Virus genome (UHGV): UHGV-0385297 | DNA length: 64,000 nt | Reading direction: 5' to 3' (one strand) | From: a virus | Part shown: one piece after another, positions 30,251 to 40,814 of the stretch | Layout: each line of letters begins with the position of its first letter | Position numbering within the stretch: position 1 is the first letter of the stretch | Notes under the pieces: generated by a model | What the model was told of the DNA's origin: nothing | Databases searched by the model: none | Seen by the model: only the letters and a program-made list of their open reading frames with translations | Translations under genes and position numbers: made by a program

Positions 30251-31324
30251 CTATCCCTCACTTTCTGAGTCTTCAATTAAGACCAAATGTAAATCATAAT
30301 AATTCCCTACACGAACGATATATAGAACAAAGCTCTGATTATCTGTAGGAAGTGTAACAAAGTTACTCATTGCAACTTGTGCAAATCCTGAAAAGGCTGA
30401 CTGCAATTCAAAATATGCTGCCTTACCATTTGAAGAAGCATATTCGCCTTCTCTGTAATACACATTTGCAATATTTGTTCCAGTTTCATCCTGGAATTTA
30501 ATAATACTTTTATTTATAAAAGGATTTTTGATTACAAAGATTTTTGTGAAGTCACCTTCGACTACAAAACCAGAGTCGAAGACAATTCTATTATCAAATA
30601 CATTTGCACCGCTAGGATGGGTATAATCTACTGGTTTATCAGACCAACCTTCAATTGACACGATATTACTTCTGATTTCCACGCCACCAACTTTGGGTAA
30701 GTTATTGGCTTCGATAACAGACATGATATGTCGTTTCTTGTAAGCAACAACAATATGGATATAACCAGTATCCAGCATCATTCCATGAAGAGTAGTACCG
30801 GTTGCTCTGATATAATAATCGGTAGCATTTTCCAAACCTGTGAACATAGCTTTCATAGAAGTAGTGTCATATAATGTATTTGTCGTTTGTAAAACGTTCT
30901 TTTGGTAAGAACATAAAGTTATTTCGTAGGAGTTTAATACCTCATCCTCACTCTGAGAGTAGGAGAGTGTGAATTCATATTCAGAAGCTTTAATAACGGT
31001 ATCATCTACTACAGACAAAGAAAAAGAAGGAGTAGAGAAGCAGTAGAAAGGAGTTCCAATATCCTGTTCGTCTGATTCATTATCATCAGCATCAAAGACA
31101 GTGATCGTAGCAACATAATATTCACCATTCACCAAATCTGTATCAGCTGGAATTACATACTCTTTCTTCATAGAAGATACTGTTTCGTCATAAACGACTT
31201 CACCAGAAGAATTTAATTTGATTTTACATCGAACTTTAAAAATCTGGTTTCCATTCCATGTAAAACTAATAGTAGAACCAACCGACCTGTCAAATGGTTC
31301 TATTGGATTTATAATCGCATACAT
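30251..31324 (-). CDS. baseplate/tail protein (357 aa)
   Basis: Position. Confidence 0.35.
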   Translation of the reverse strand: MYAIINPIEPFDRSVGSTISFTWNGNQIFKVRCKIKLNSSGEVVYDETVSSMKKEYVIPADTDLVNGEYYVATITVFDADDNESDEQDIGTPFYCFSTPSFSLSVVDDTVIKASEYEFTLSYSQSEDEVLNSYEITLCSYQKNVLQTTNTLYDTTSMKAMFTGLENATDYYIRATGTTLHGMMLDTGYIHIVVAYKKRHIMSVIEANNLPKVGGVEIRSNIVSIEGWSDKPVDYTHPSGANVFDNRIVFDSGFVVEGDFTKIFVIKNPFINKSIIKFQDETGTNIANVYYREGEYASSNGKAAYFELQSAFSGFAQVAMSNFVTLPTDNQSFVLYIVRVGNYYDLHLVLIEDSESEG

Positions 31325-31351
31325 ATTTCACCACCCTTTATTTTATTTTCT

Positions 31352-31897
31352 TTACAGCACCTTCACCATACTAATATTCCCCTGGGAATACTGGATCACG
31401 TACACGTTCCCCGTCATATTCATAGGATATAGTGTCAGCGTACCATAATTAGAATTATCTCTTTCTTTGCCACCATTTCTGTGAGGTATCCATAGGAAGT
31501 TATACCAGCCTTCTGGGATAGAAACATTCTGATAAGTACAATCGTCTACATACACTGAACCGCACTGTCCATAACCTTCTTTGAGTTGATTAATTGCGTT
31601 TAATACACTTCCTGCGTTCAGCTCCCCTGCATAGAATACTTCATCACTCTGAATATACAGCTCATTCCATTTATTCTGCGGCGCACATACAGTAACAATC
31701 TTACCTGCTTCCAATGGTGTCTTACATCTGGCACTGTAACGTTTGCCCTTGTATTCAATCTCGTATACGCCGTCTTTCTTCTTATCTATAACAATAGCTC
31801 GGAATGTCTTGTCATAAGCGGCTTTGTTGATAGACTTACTAATCATTTCCTGCACCATAGAAATAACATTCTTAAAAATCTCTGTATAGTTTTCCAT
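31352..31897 (-). CDS. tail protein immediately downstream of the tape measure (181 aa)
   Basis: Position. Confidence 0.35.
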   Translation of the reverse strand: MENYTEIFKNVISMVQEMISKSINKAAYDKTFRAIVIDKKKDGVYEIEYKGKRYSARCKTPLEAGKIVTVCAPQNKWNELYIQSDEVFYAGELNAGSVLNAINQLKEGYGQCGSVYVDDCTYQNVSIPEGWYNFLWIPHRNGGKERDNSNYGTLTLYPMNMTGNVYVIQYSQGNISMVKVL

Positions 31898-31951
31898 AAA
31901 TTCTCCTTTAATTAAAGAAGAGAGTACCCATTTCTGGATACCCTCTATATA

Positions 31952-34900
31952 TTAAAATCTTGCCAATGCCTGTCTTGCAAGCGGAACAAAATCTCTACCC
32001 ATAGCCTTGGCAAAACCGTCCACATCTCTTACATCTGTCAGTTTCACATCACCAACTGAGACATTAACTACATTCGGCTTTGTATTAACAGTGGTAGAAG
32101 GATACATGTTCTTTATCCATGAATTATCAGGAACGTATGCCGTAGCACTAAAACTTGCTACAAGCTTTTCCATCTGTTCAGGAGTAAAGACCATTTCCCC
32201 ACGTTCTAGTACTGCCGGTATCTCATTTGGCTCTAGTTTCTCGGCTTCAAGGACTCTGATCTTATCTGTTTTGTCAGCAGAAGAACTACCCACAGCACCA
32301 CTGAATACACCACTATGATGTTTCTCAACACCAGGACCATGACTAGAATCACCTGTTTCTCTACGACTACTTGTACTTGGTGCATTGGAACTACTGCTAT
32401 GTTTCTTACTTCCAGAATCATCATCATCTCTGTCACGTTCTGTATCTTTCAGATTATCCTTTACATCTTCCAAAATATCTTTGATACTTTCTACATTATT
32501 AGTCAGCTGTTGCCAACTGCTCATAGATTCAGAGATAAGACCTGCATTCGCCTGATACTGCTGTAAAGATGAGATCAGCTGATCGCCAGATTCCTTAAAT
32601 GCTTTCTGAATACCACCAAATACCGCATCACCATCTGCGGCAGTGTCATATACCTTACCCATGTAATTATAGATATTCTGTAGGTTGTCCATTGCAGACA
32701 TTTTCTGGTTCATCTGTGATACGAGATCATGAATACCGGCCTGTGCCTCTTCATAAGTAAGAGTGCCTGCCTTATAGGAGTCAATGTATTCTTGGATTAA
32801 AGAAGAGATATGTTCTGTAGAGTCAATCTGCTCCTGATACTTGTTGATCTGGTCTACATTATCGGAATACAGCTTGCTAAACATCTGGAAAATATCAGCG
32901 TCATTGCCGCTTAGAACCTTATCTTTCCAGTTCTTTCCAAGAATATCAGTGGCAGTCTTTTCGTTATCTGCTTGTTCCTTCTTAGATGCGATTTCAGACC
33001 ATTTATCACTGATTTTCTGTAAAGAATCCAGAGTATCTTGTAACTTATCATTGTAATCATCTAAAGCATCATCTAAGGCATCCATCTGGTCTTGAAGTTC
33101 CTGCTTCTTTAATGCAGCAAGAGCATCCTGAACAGATTCCTGTGCATTGCGGAGATTATCAGCATTAGATTCATAGGTCATTTCACCATTTCTTATAACC
33201 TTTTCAGTCTTTTGAGTGGTGGCATTTTCAAGATCATAGAGTGCCTGTTCATACTGAGCTTGCAGTTTCAGCTTCTCATTCTGCTTATCCAGTAAGTCCA
33301 TTCTATCTTGTAGAGCTTCCTTCTGGTCGTTGATTGTATCCTCATAGGCTTCCTTTTCGTCATTCAGGCGGTCAATTTCATCACTGATAGCACCTGTTAC
33401 AGCACTAATGACGGTCTCATGCTCACTCTTAACATCATTCAGTCCATCAACAATCTTACTCAGAGAATCAGATGCATCTGAAATCTTCTGAATAGGAAGA
33501 TTTAGTAGCTCTTCATTCCACTTATGCATGTTCTGTACAAGAGAAGAGATAGAAGAGTTACACTGTTGTAGCTTATCATTCATCTCATTCCAGTTGTCTG
33601 TACCAGGGGTATAATCTTCTATAACATCCTGAATAGCTTCAATTTCTTCCTTATAATTAGAGATAGAAGTATTAGCATTGTTAATGAGTTTCTGATAGTA
33701 GTCTGCATCCAATGTCTTGCCGGAGGCTTCCATTTCAGCGCCCCAGTTCTGAATTGTATCTAGGATGTTCTGGTAGATAGTGCCTAACTTCTCAAGATTG
33801 GTGATGGGGAGTTCACGGAGCTGTTTTTCAAGATTAGCCTGTTCTTTCTCGAATGACTTAACCTGTCCTTTTGCTTCCATAATCGCAGCCATGATGTTAT
33901 ACCATTCTTCAGTGCCAGCTTTTAAAGGATCGTCCTCATCATTCATACGGGCATAGAGTTCATCTTCTCTTGTTTTCTGAATCTGTTTGTACAAATCAAT
34001 CTGCTGCTCTGTATTAGACATCATTTCTTCATACATGTCCACAGATACAATAGAACCTTGAGTATTTAACAGGTCAATTTGCTTCTGAATTAGATCATTG
34101 GCATCAGCAAGCTTCTCATTTTCTTTAGTAGCTTTATCTACAATGTTGTCATAGTATGTACCTTTTTCATCACGGATTTTCTTTTGAAGTTCTTTGACGT
34201 TTTCTTCTGAATCTTTCCAGCTGTCGAATGCTTTCATTGCATTTTCTATCAGAGTTTTCTGGTCTCCAGTGAAAGTCTCAATGTCAATTCCACCATGCTC
34301 AATCTTATCTCTGTATTCTGGTACTTTAGATACAAGATCTTCATATGAATTTTCATAATAATCAAGTGACTGTTTTGCTTGCTCTAAGCTCTTTTTGTCA
34401 GCTTCGATCAGCTTTGTGAGAATACTTTGACGGGATTCCAGCCCACCATTCTCAGATAACTTTTGCAGTTCACCAATGGATATACCAAGCTTACTTGCAT
34501 AGTCCATCAGTTCATCTACTTCTTTAGAGTCTGGTGAAAGTGGCATATTGAACAGTTCTTGTACACGTTCTATATCTTCCTCAGATAAACCTGTATACGC
34601 TGTCCATGTATCCTGTAATGCGGTTTCCAGACGCTTACTTTCACGTTCTAATAAGTCGGCACTGCGGGAGATCCAGTCGATTGTTGAGTTATCTTTGGCA
34701 CCTTTGGAGCCTGACGAACCCTTTTGCGGATTGGTAGACTTTGGACCAGTATAGTTGCTGACTTGGACGTTCTTTAACTGTGCATCAATCTCACCTTGTA
34801 ACTGATTTGCACGTATTTTTGCAATATCTTTATACTGGTCAATAAGTTCCTGATTTGACACAATACTTCCATCTTCATTGTATGAAGTCTCACCACTATC

Positions 34901-37345
34901 ATAAATCTGCTTCATACGATTCATGGCAGCATAATAACCAACCCATGCATCACTTGCAATTCCTAATGTTTTAACAATAGCTTTTAAATTTTCAATACTT
35001 GCAAGAGGATCAAATGGTGTTTCGGCAAGAATTTTTTTTGCTTGGTAAAGCTCAAATGCCTTTTGCCCATCACCTGTTGCTTCGCTTTCTTGTGCTAAAG
35101 CTGCAATTTCATCATAAGTTGCATTAGATAAATCTTGAGCGTTCCAAGCAGCTTCGGCATGTACTTGAGCAAGAGCAGAAGTAACAACTTGATCTGCGTT
35201 TTGAACACCCATCAGTTCAAGATATTGCTTTGCCACATCAGCGTTATCATCACTTAGACCTTTAATAACCTTTGAGTTATAAATGAATGCAGAAGTCAGA
35301 TTATCAAAAGCACTCTGACAAGCTGTAACATCTTTAGGACTATTGGTGATTGCATCTATAAACGCTTGATATTCTGCTGTATAATTTTGAAAATTATCTT
35401 TAAATTTCTTATCATCCAAAAGAGAATAATCAAATTTCTTATCCTTATCCTTCATGGATGTCATGATCTTATCAAGCTCTTCAAAACCTTCTGACAGACC
35501 ATTTATTTCGGAAATCATATCTTGCTTGGAAAGAGGAGAGAATACTTGCTCTGTTTTCTTACCTATATTGCCTGATATATAACCAAGTTTAACTAAGTCA
35601 TCTACGACTTCATCAACGCTCTTACCTGCTTTATCTGCTGCTTTTTTTAGAGTGTCAATAGCACTTTTTTTACCAGCGGCATCACCATACTTCTTATTTA
35701 AAACGTCAATCTGCGCACCAGAATCCATTAAGGCTTTAACTTCCGTATCTGTCATGCCTTTTAATTGATTGCCAGCATACGCTAACTCGTTATCGTTTTT
35801 TAAATGCTGGTAAAATTCATAAGAAGAAGTATCTGCTTGAGAAAATACATCATCGATAACTTTTCCATAATTCTGCCAATCATCTGAATTAAGAAGCTGT
35901 TCTTTTTGTGTTTGCATATTTTTATATGCATTTGCTACTTCTTCATCGTTAAACGGATCAGAACTTTTTAATACAGCTTCATTATATTTTTCTACAGAAG
36001 CAGTAGCATTGTTCATGCTAGAAGACATTTTTTCATCATCTGCAATTTCGGCTAATTGCTTTTTCTTAAAAATATCTCCCCAATCATCGATAGTATCTTT
36101 TGATTGTTTTAATGCATTACCGGAAAGTGTAATAACATCATCAAAAATATGCTCGTCACCGAGTTCTTTTGCCTTATGCCGAAGGTCAGTGATAAACTTA
36201 TTGAGAGTGTCATATGCTTGTTCTGGATCAACATCTTCAAGTCTAAGCTGGAATTGATCTTCACCAACGGAATTAATCTTTATACCTTGATCTTCGTATT
36301 TTCCAGCAATTTCTTTTAATGCTTCACTAGAATCTAAGCCATTTATATTTTCTCCACTAGAAAGATTAAATGACTTTTTCTCAGTCATTTTCTTTTCAGC
36401 TAATTTTAAAGATGTTGCATTATCAGGATCATTTAAGTATTCCTCTGCTTTTACTTTACTTAAATTCTTTATTGCATCAGCTTGGTTCTTGTAAGCATCA
36501 GTTACCAAGTCAAGTTTGCCAGCTTCATCGCCGTACTTATCATTCAGCTCTTTTTGTAATTCTAAAAGTTGCTGTTTAATTTCATATATCTTTTCTTCAT
36601 CACCAGAAGCAAGACTCAGTTGAGAATGAAGATCTTCATATTTCTTGACATAATCATCAATTGCGGAAGTTTCACTCGAATAAGCTTCTGCAGATGCCTG
36701 AGTCTTTTCACGCAACTCATCAATATGTTTATTGTATTTTGATATACCCAAAACTACTGAACCGAGTGCTGCGCCTATCGCAACACACCATCCGACAGGA
36801 TTTGTTGTCAACCAAGCAGCCGTTGCAGTAACTTCCGCCCAAATAGCCTTAGTAGCAGCTGTTATCATTGCAATCCATTTTGGCATGACGGAGGCAGTTT
36901 GAACATTAATTGCGCCAGACACACCAAGAATTGCTGCAATTTGTGCGGCTTCTGCCGTAGTCAAAGTACCTGAAGCCACAGCCGCCTGTAATTTCTTAGT
37001 AGTTAAAATAACAGTAGAATTACCTTCTGCATCTGTAGCTGTTTTAAGTCCCATCTTGGCTACAATAGCAGAAGTATCGGCATCAGAACCAAGAACTGTT
37101 TGTAAAGTCTGTTCCATAGTAGCAGCAGTAACAGTTTTCTTTGATGCCAGCAATCCCGCATCGGCAAGAGCCTGATATTGTTCTGCTACCGTCAGTTTCT
37201 CATGAGTATCAGCATTGGTTTTTAATGCTAATGTATTCATTATCTGTTCATTGGTAAGACCCTGAGTAGATAATGTTAGTGCTGCCTGAGCAGGAGTTAA
37301 TTGTTCAAGAGCTTTCGCATAATCTTGGTACTGACCAATATCCAT
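31952..37345 (-). CDS. tape-measure-like giant protein no. 2 (1797 aa): N-terminal hydrophobic segments, long coiled coil, globular C-terminus
   Basis: TM-like AMITAATKAIWAEVTATAAWLTTNPVGWCVAIGAALGSVVLGI. More than 1200 aa of heptad-rich E/K/Q/L sequence. It is followed by baseplate genes. A stop-free in-frame extension of 72 codons lies upstream of the ATG. Confidence 0.6.
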   Translation of the reverse strand: MDIGQYQDYAKALEQLTPAQAALTLSTQGLTNEQIMNTLALKTNADTHEKLTVAEQYQALADAGLLASKKTVTAATMEQTLQTVLGSDADTSAIVAKMGLKTATDAEGNSTVILTTKKLQAAVASGTLTTAEAAQIAAILGVSGAINVQTASVMPKWIAMITAATKAIWAEVTATAAWLTTNPVGWCVAIGAALGSVVLGISKYNKHIDELREKTQASAEAYSSETSAIDDYVKKYEDLHSQLSLASGDEEKIYEIKQQLLELQKELNDKYGDEAGKLDLVTDAYKNQADAIKNLSKVKAEEYLNDPDNATSLKLAEKKMTEKKSFNLSSGENINGLDSSEALKEIAGKYEDQGIKINSVGEDQFQLRLEDVDPEQAYDTLNKFITDLRHKAKELGDEHIFDDVITLSGNALKQSKDTIDDWGDIFKKKQLAEIADDEKMSSSMNNATASVEKYNEAVLKSSDPFNDEEVANAYKNMQTQKEQLLNSDDWQNYGKVIDDVFSQADTSSYEFYQHLKNDNELAYAGNQLKGMTDTEVKALMDSGAQIDVLNKKYGDAAGKKSAIDTLKKAADKAGKSVDEVVDDLVKLGYISGNIGKKTEQVFSPLSKQDMISEINGLSEGFEELDKIMTSMKDKDKKFDYSLLDDKKFKDNFQNYTAEYQAFIDAITNSPKDVTACQSAFDNLTSAFIYNSKVIKGLSDDNADVAKQYLELMGVQNADQVVTSALAQVHAEAAWNAQDLSNATYDEIAALAQESEATGDGQKAFELYQAKKILAETPFDPLASIENLKAIVKTLGIASDAWVGYYAAMNRMKQIYDSGETSYNEDGSIVSNQELIDQYKDIAKIRANQLQGEIDAQLKNVQVSNYTGPKSTNPQKGSSGSKGAKDNSTIDWISRSADLLERESKRLETALQDTWTAYTGLSEEDIERVQELFNMPLSPDSKEVDELMDYASKLGISIGELQKLSENGGLESRQSILTKLIEADKKSLEQAKQSLDYYENSYEDLVSKVPEYRDKIEHGGIDIETFTGDQKTLIENAMKAFDSWKDSEENVKELQKKIRDEKGTYYDNIVDKATKENEKLADANDLIQKQIDLLNTQGSIVSVDMYEEMMSNTEQQIDLYKQIQKTREDELYARMNDEDDPLKAGTEEWYNIMAAIMEAKGQVKSFEKEQANLEKQLRELPITNLEKLGTIYQNILDTIQNWGAEMEASGKTLDADYYQKLINNANTSISNYKEEIEAIQDVIEDYTPGTDNWNEMNDKLQQCNSSISSLVQNMHKWNEELLNLPIQKISDASDSLSKIVDGLNDVKSEHETVISAVTGAISDEIDRLNDEKEAYEDTINDQKEALQDRMDLLDKQNEKLKLQAQYEQALYDLENATTQKTEKVIRNGEMTYESNADNLRNAQESVQDALAALKKQELQDQMDALDDALDDYNDKLQDTLDSLQKISDKWSEIASKKEQADNEKTATDILGKNWKDKVLSGNDADIFQMFSKLYSDNVDQINKYQEQIDSTEHISSLIQEYIDSYKAGTLTYEEAQAGIHDLVSQMNQKMSAMDNLQNIYNYMGKVYDTAADGDAVFGGIQKAFKESGDQLISSLQQYQANAGLISESMSSWQQLTNNVESIKDILEDVKDNLKDTERDRDDDDSGSKKHSSSSNAPSTSSRRETGDSSHGPGVEKHHSGVFSGAVGSSSADKTDKIRVLEAEKLEPNEIPAVLERGEMVFTPEQMEKLVASFSATAYVPDNSWIKNMYPSTTVNTKPNVVNVSVGDVKLTDVRDVDGFAKAMGRDFVPLARQALARF

Positions 37346-37573
37346 GCCAAATTGCTCTTTAGGACTTACAGAATAAATTTCTGCAAGAGTTGTTTTAATT
37401 TCCTGAATTTTGGAAATGTATTTGTTTATTTCGTCAGAATTAATATCTTTAAATAATTCTAATTGCGGAGCTTTAAAATTACTTGCATCAATTGATGTTT
37501 TTGCAAATTCTTGTAAAACTGGCGTAATAGAAGTTATAGTAGATTGAATATTTTTGATTTTCTATTTATGAGA

Positions 37574-37602
37574 TTGAATATAATTTTTTATCTGATATAA
37601 TT
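37574..37602 (+). promoter_or_regulatory. promoter on the plus strand: TTGAAT, 16-bp spacer, TATAAT, driving 37635..37961
   Basis: Read directly. Followed by RBS GGAGGG. Confidence 0.5.
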
Positions 37603-37634
37603 GTAAATAAAATAACATATATTGGAGGGTATAT

Positions 37635-37961
37635 ATGAGAGATGTTAATGTTGTTTTGGAAGGAAGATATAAAGGTGAAAAGATAGTGTATAGTAGCAAA
37701 CAAGTTGTAATACACTGGGGTATAGATAAATCCGTTATTTCTTCTTACACAGTTATTGATGAAACCAACAAAGATCAATATTCCTTCTGGAAAGGTGCTT
37801 TAGGCGTAGCACTTTTTGGAGGTATTGGAGCAATTGCTGGTTTAAAAGGTAAAAAGTCCAAAGAATATCTTGTTGCTATTCAGTGGAAAAAGACTGGTGA
37901 AAAATCATTAATATGTATTGATGAAGACTGTTATAAAACATTAGTGAAGATTATGTTTTAA
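37635..37961 (+). CDS. small protein with a central glycine-zipper membrane segment (108 aa)
   Basis: GALGVALFGGIGAIAGLKG flanked by beta-rich regions. Strong RBS, plus its own promoter and terminator. Confidence 0.5.
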   Translation: MRDVNVVLEGRYKGEKIVYSSKQVVIHWGIDKSVISSYTVIDETNKDQYSFWKGALGVALFGGIGAIAGLKGKKSKEYLVAIQWKKTGEKSLICIDEDCYKTLVKIMF

Positions 37962-38030
37962 GGATGAGAACTGCGGATATACGTGGTAGTAATGTATTAG
38001 TAGAAGAACAGTATACAAAATAATTTTATC

Positions 38031-38066
38031 AACAAAAAAGGAAGGTGGATTAAACCTTCCTTTTTC
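38031..38066 (+). terminator. strong bidirectional terminator (AAGGAAGGT-ggattaa-ACCTTCCTT, then TTTTT)
   Basis: Read directly. Confidence 0.7.
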
Positions 38067-38221
38067 ATACATGTTTTACGGGACGGTGGGTGAACCAGAA
38101 CATCCCGTTTAGAGAATAATAATTCACCTGATATTGTAGCTCTCCTGAGCGCTGCCATCAAATGTACAACTAAGAAGCTACGGTATCCTTACGGTCACTT
38201 CTTATATTATTATAGATTATT

Positions 38222-38437
38222 TTATGCTGTTTTCCGCAGATAGCATTGCCAAACGGATTCAGCCCATACTTCTATTGGATCATGATTTACATATTTTCCA
38301 AATTTTTCAATAACAGCATCCATATTTGCTAAAGAAATGGCTTTGTAAGCGCATTTCTCATCTGTATGGTATAAATCAATTATTGTACTAACCAGATAAG
38401 CATAAAAAGAAGCTATATCTTTCTTACTCATAACCAT
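38222..38437 (-). CDS. small protein (71 aa), DUF3791-like partner of the upstream gene (their ORFs overlap by 10 nt)
   Basis: Size and genetic coupling. The family assignment is from memory of the DUF3990/DUF3791 pairing. Confidence 0.35.
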   Translation of the reverse strand: MVMSKKDIASFYAYLVSTIIDLYHTDEKCAYKAISLANMDAVIEKFGKYVNHDPIEVWAESVWQCYLRKTA

Positions 38438-39084
38438 TCCTCCTTTTCATCTATGGTAAGTATATCACATCCCTTATATCTTATGCAAGAGTCAATAAAA
38501 TCTTTATTGTGAAAAGAAATTTGATACGCTTTCGTTTCAAAAGGAACACTTTTGCCCCATATAGTTTTCATATAAGTTGTTTTGAAAGGATGTATTACTT
38601 TTAAGAACGAAGTTGATAAATCATAATGATCTTCTTTAATTTTTATACCAATATCAGACATTATACCATCAGCGGTTAAACCGAGTACAATATCATACTG
38701 GAAACTGGTATTATGATCATAATCAGGATGTTTTTCCAAAACTTTTTCATACCACCTATTTGTACATACAAATTTTTTCCATTCTAAATTTTCACCTTTA
38801 AATTCTTTTATTTTCCATTTAGAATAATCTGCATTTTGTAATTTCAATTTTAAAACAACAGGTATAGATACATTAGTGTTTTTTAATAACTCCTGCCTGT
38901 ATCGAAGAAGCGCAGTGTTCTTAGCAAGTGCATAACTATCTGTGACATAAAATCCCTTTCCAAAATCAGCATGTATATTTAACTTATTAAAATCTATTCC
39001 ATTATTAATTATATTCTCTGCACGATCCATTAGTGTTCCATGAAAGAGCACTTTGCTTAATTTATCCGTTAGTATTGATTCCAT
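38428..39084 (-). CDS. DUF3990-like protein (218 aa), predicted ADP-ribosyltransferase-fold (H-G-T ... GFY motifs)
   Basis: LFHGTLMDRAENIINNGIDFNKLNIHADFGKGFYVTDSYALAKNTA matches the pattern (L)YHG(S/T)...DFGKGFY.T...A that I recall for DUF3990. Confidence 0.4.
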   Translation of the reverse strand: MESILTDKLSKVLFHGTLMDRAENIINNGIDFNKLNIHADFGKGFYVTDSYALAKNTALLRYRQELLKNTNVSIPVVLKLKLQNADYSKWKIKEFKGENLEWKKFVCTNRWYEKVLEKHPDYDHNTSFQYDIVLGLTADGIMSDIGIKIKEDHYDLSTSFLKVIHPFKTTYMKTIWGKSVPFETKAYQISFHNKDFIDSCIRYKGCDILTIDEKEEWL

Positions 39085-39158
39085 TTTAATGTTTCCTATA
39101 ATATGATTTATATATTATATAACATAAAATGAAAACATTCTACCAGAACATATGTACA

Positions 39159-39284
39159 TCAAGTCAATATGGACACTACTAATGCAATTATGGAAATAGC
39201 TAATGGCATGTTAGGATGTTTTCTTGCGAAATCGTTCATTGGTAAAATAATTTTATCATCTATAAAGTTGTTTAGTTTTTGCAT
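39159..39284 (-). CDS. small C-terminally membrane-anchored peptide (41 aa, MQKLNNFIDDKIILPMNDFARKHPNMPLAISIIALVVSILT)
   Basis: RBS AGAAAGGA. The ATG at 39284 lies within the longer track ORF. Confidence 0.4.
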   Translation of the reverse strand: MQKLNNFIDDKIILPMNDFARKHPNMPLAISIIALVVSILT

Positions 39285-39335
39285 AGTGATCCTTTCTGTG
39301 ATAGAAGAGTAGTACGATAGAAATATTTTCAAATT

Positions 39336-39372
39336 GAAAAAGAGCATTACCACCGGATGATGATAATGCTCT
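39336..39372 (-). terminator. intrinsic terminator after the DUF262 gene (AGAGCATTA...TAATGCTCT, then TTTTTC on the minus strand)
   Basis: Read directly. Confidence 0.6.
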
Positions 39373-39452
39373 TTAACTCCGTGAGCCACACACTTAAGTT
39401 CTACTAGACACCCCAATGGTGCAGTAACTTATAAGCAGGACTCTGTTTATTA

Positions 39453-40442
39453 CTACTGTAAATTATCAACAGCATCTTTCCAATAATTAAATCTTGCCTG
39501 TACATTAGGCTGATTATTTACACCTGATTGCAAATACAGTTTGTATTCTTCATTATTGTCATAATTATTGATAAACTCAGTGAAAATTTCTTTTAATGCA
39601 TCAAAAGACTTATTTTCAACAACACAACGATAACAGCAGTAGATAATCATCGGAACAGTCGTTTGCTTAAAACCAATTTTCTTTTCATCTTCATATAAAG
39701 TATTGAGATTATCCATTGCTGTCTTTAATGTATCAATTTGATTTAATGCATCTTTACCATGATTGCGCACAAAATCATTTATGTCTTCAGAACGGAAAGA
39801 TGTATAATCATCTCCATTTGTTGAGCAAATCAGCATTAATGCCAAAATAATCACGTCTCGATCAAAGCCTTTAATAATCTGAGCCTTGGTCAACAATTTC
39901 TCTATAACAGGATGCTGAGAAAGTTCGTAAACAGCACTTCTGAAAGCAGGATCAGAAATAGCACTGCGCTTCTGGCTATTATTTAATGGACGTCCCATAT
40001 TAATACGAGAGAAGATTTCACAAAGCTCTTCCTCTGTTGCATCTTCCAGGATAATAAGTGTGATATTTTTATCATTAAATCGGATTTGGAGTTCTTCGTC
40101 AAGTTCATCGAATTTTTTACCAGCAATTTCATATTCAACACCATCGATAATAACTGGTTTTAAATTCTTATCCAAAGCAAATTTATTATTCTTATAATCA
40201 TAGAACGCTAAGAATCTCTGTTTGAAATCTACAACATCCAAGGTCTTTGAACCTGTATGTTTGTTTAATAAAGCCGGATAAATAGGCCATCCACGAAGTA
40301 CGGTGTCAATTAATAAACTCTTTTCACCTTTCTTCCAGACACCAGCATGTCTCTGAATATCAAGATCAAAATTATATTTGTTTTTTCCTATTCCTGAACA
40401 GATTGAGTCTAAGCTTTTATTTGTTGGACTTAAAACATTCAT
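39453..40442 (-). CDS. DUF262 (ParB-like / GmrSD N-terminal domain) protein, 329 aa
   Basis: YNFDLDIQRHAGVWKKGEKSLLIDTVLRGWPIYPALL matches the DUF262 signature (D/E)xQR..vW......LIDSil.G.PIP. RBS GGAGG. Confidence 0.6.
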   Translation of the reverse strand: MNVLSPTNKSLDSICSGIGKNKYNFDLDIQRHAGVWKKGEKSLLIDTVLRGWPIYPALLNKHTGSKTLDVVDFKQRFLAFYDYKNNKFALDKNLKPVIIDGVEYEIAGKKFDELDEELQIRFNDKNITLIILEDATEEELCEIFSRINMGRPLNNSQKRSAISDPAFRSAVYELSQHPVIEKLLTKAQIIKGFDRDVIILALMLICSTNGDDYTSFRSEDINDFVRNHGKDALNQIDTLKTAMDNLNTLYEDEKKIGFKQTTVPMIIYCCYRCVVENKSFDALKEIFTEFINNYDNNEEYKLYLQSGVNNQPNVQARFNYWKDAVDNLQ

Positions 40443-40594
40443 ATTCCTGCCTCCTTGAAAAATGTAATATTTTTACTATTTCCAAAGTAGCATAATATTA
40501 AAAATATGTAAATAGTTTCTGTGCAAATATTTTGAAAAATTGCCGATATTATTCGACAGAAAACGTGTGTTCTGATTTATTTTTGATGTATAGA

Positions 40595-40814
40595 TGATAT
40601 AATAGATATATCCGAATTATATCCTTAGAACCACCAAAGGATGCACTTGCGGTAATTTGGATGGCGAGGAGCCGGTGGTAGTGTTTCGACACGAACCGAA
40701 AATGGTACACCATGTACCAGAAAGGACGTTCTATAGTGAGTTTTCACTTCTTTGGGAGTTCTCCCGTTATTACCACGCCTTTCTTGTATTACCAGTACAG
40801 AAGGGAGGTGAAAA
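40595..40814 (+). promoter_or_regulatory. extended -10 promoter (TGATATAAT, 40595-40603) plus a structured 5' leader of about 205 nt upstream of a 52-aa membrane ORF
   Basis: Hairpins ATCCTT...AAGGAT (40622-40643) and GGTACA-cca-TGTACC. Long-range ACCACC/GGTGG pairing. GC-rich relative to its surroundings. Confidence 0.35.

Noticed and set aside
4928-36579. Numerous 60-170-aa plus-strand ORFs inside the large minus-strand genes (for example 4928..5203, 14618..15115, 25462..25851, 32007..32318)
   Set aside because: These are antisense shadow ORFs with Cys/Ser/Arg-rich, low-complexity translations. They have no RBS and lie fully within well-supported genes.
37566-37778. 70-aa minus-strand ORF overlapping the start of the plus-strand gene 37635..37961
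   Set aside because: It is antisense to a gene with a strong promoter and RBS. The translation is junk-like and has no RBS.
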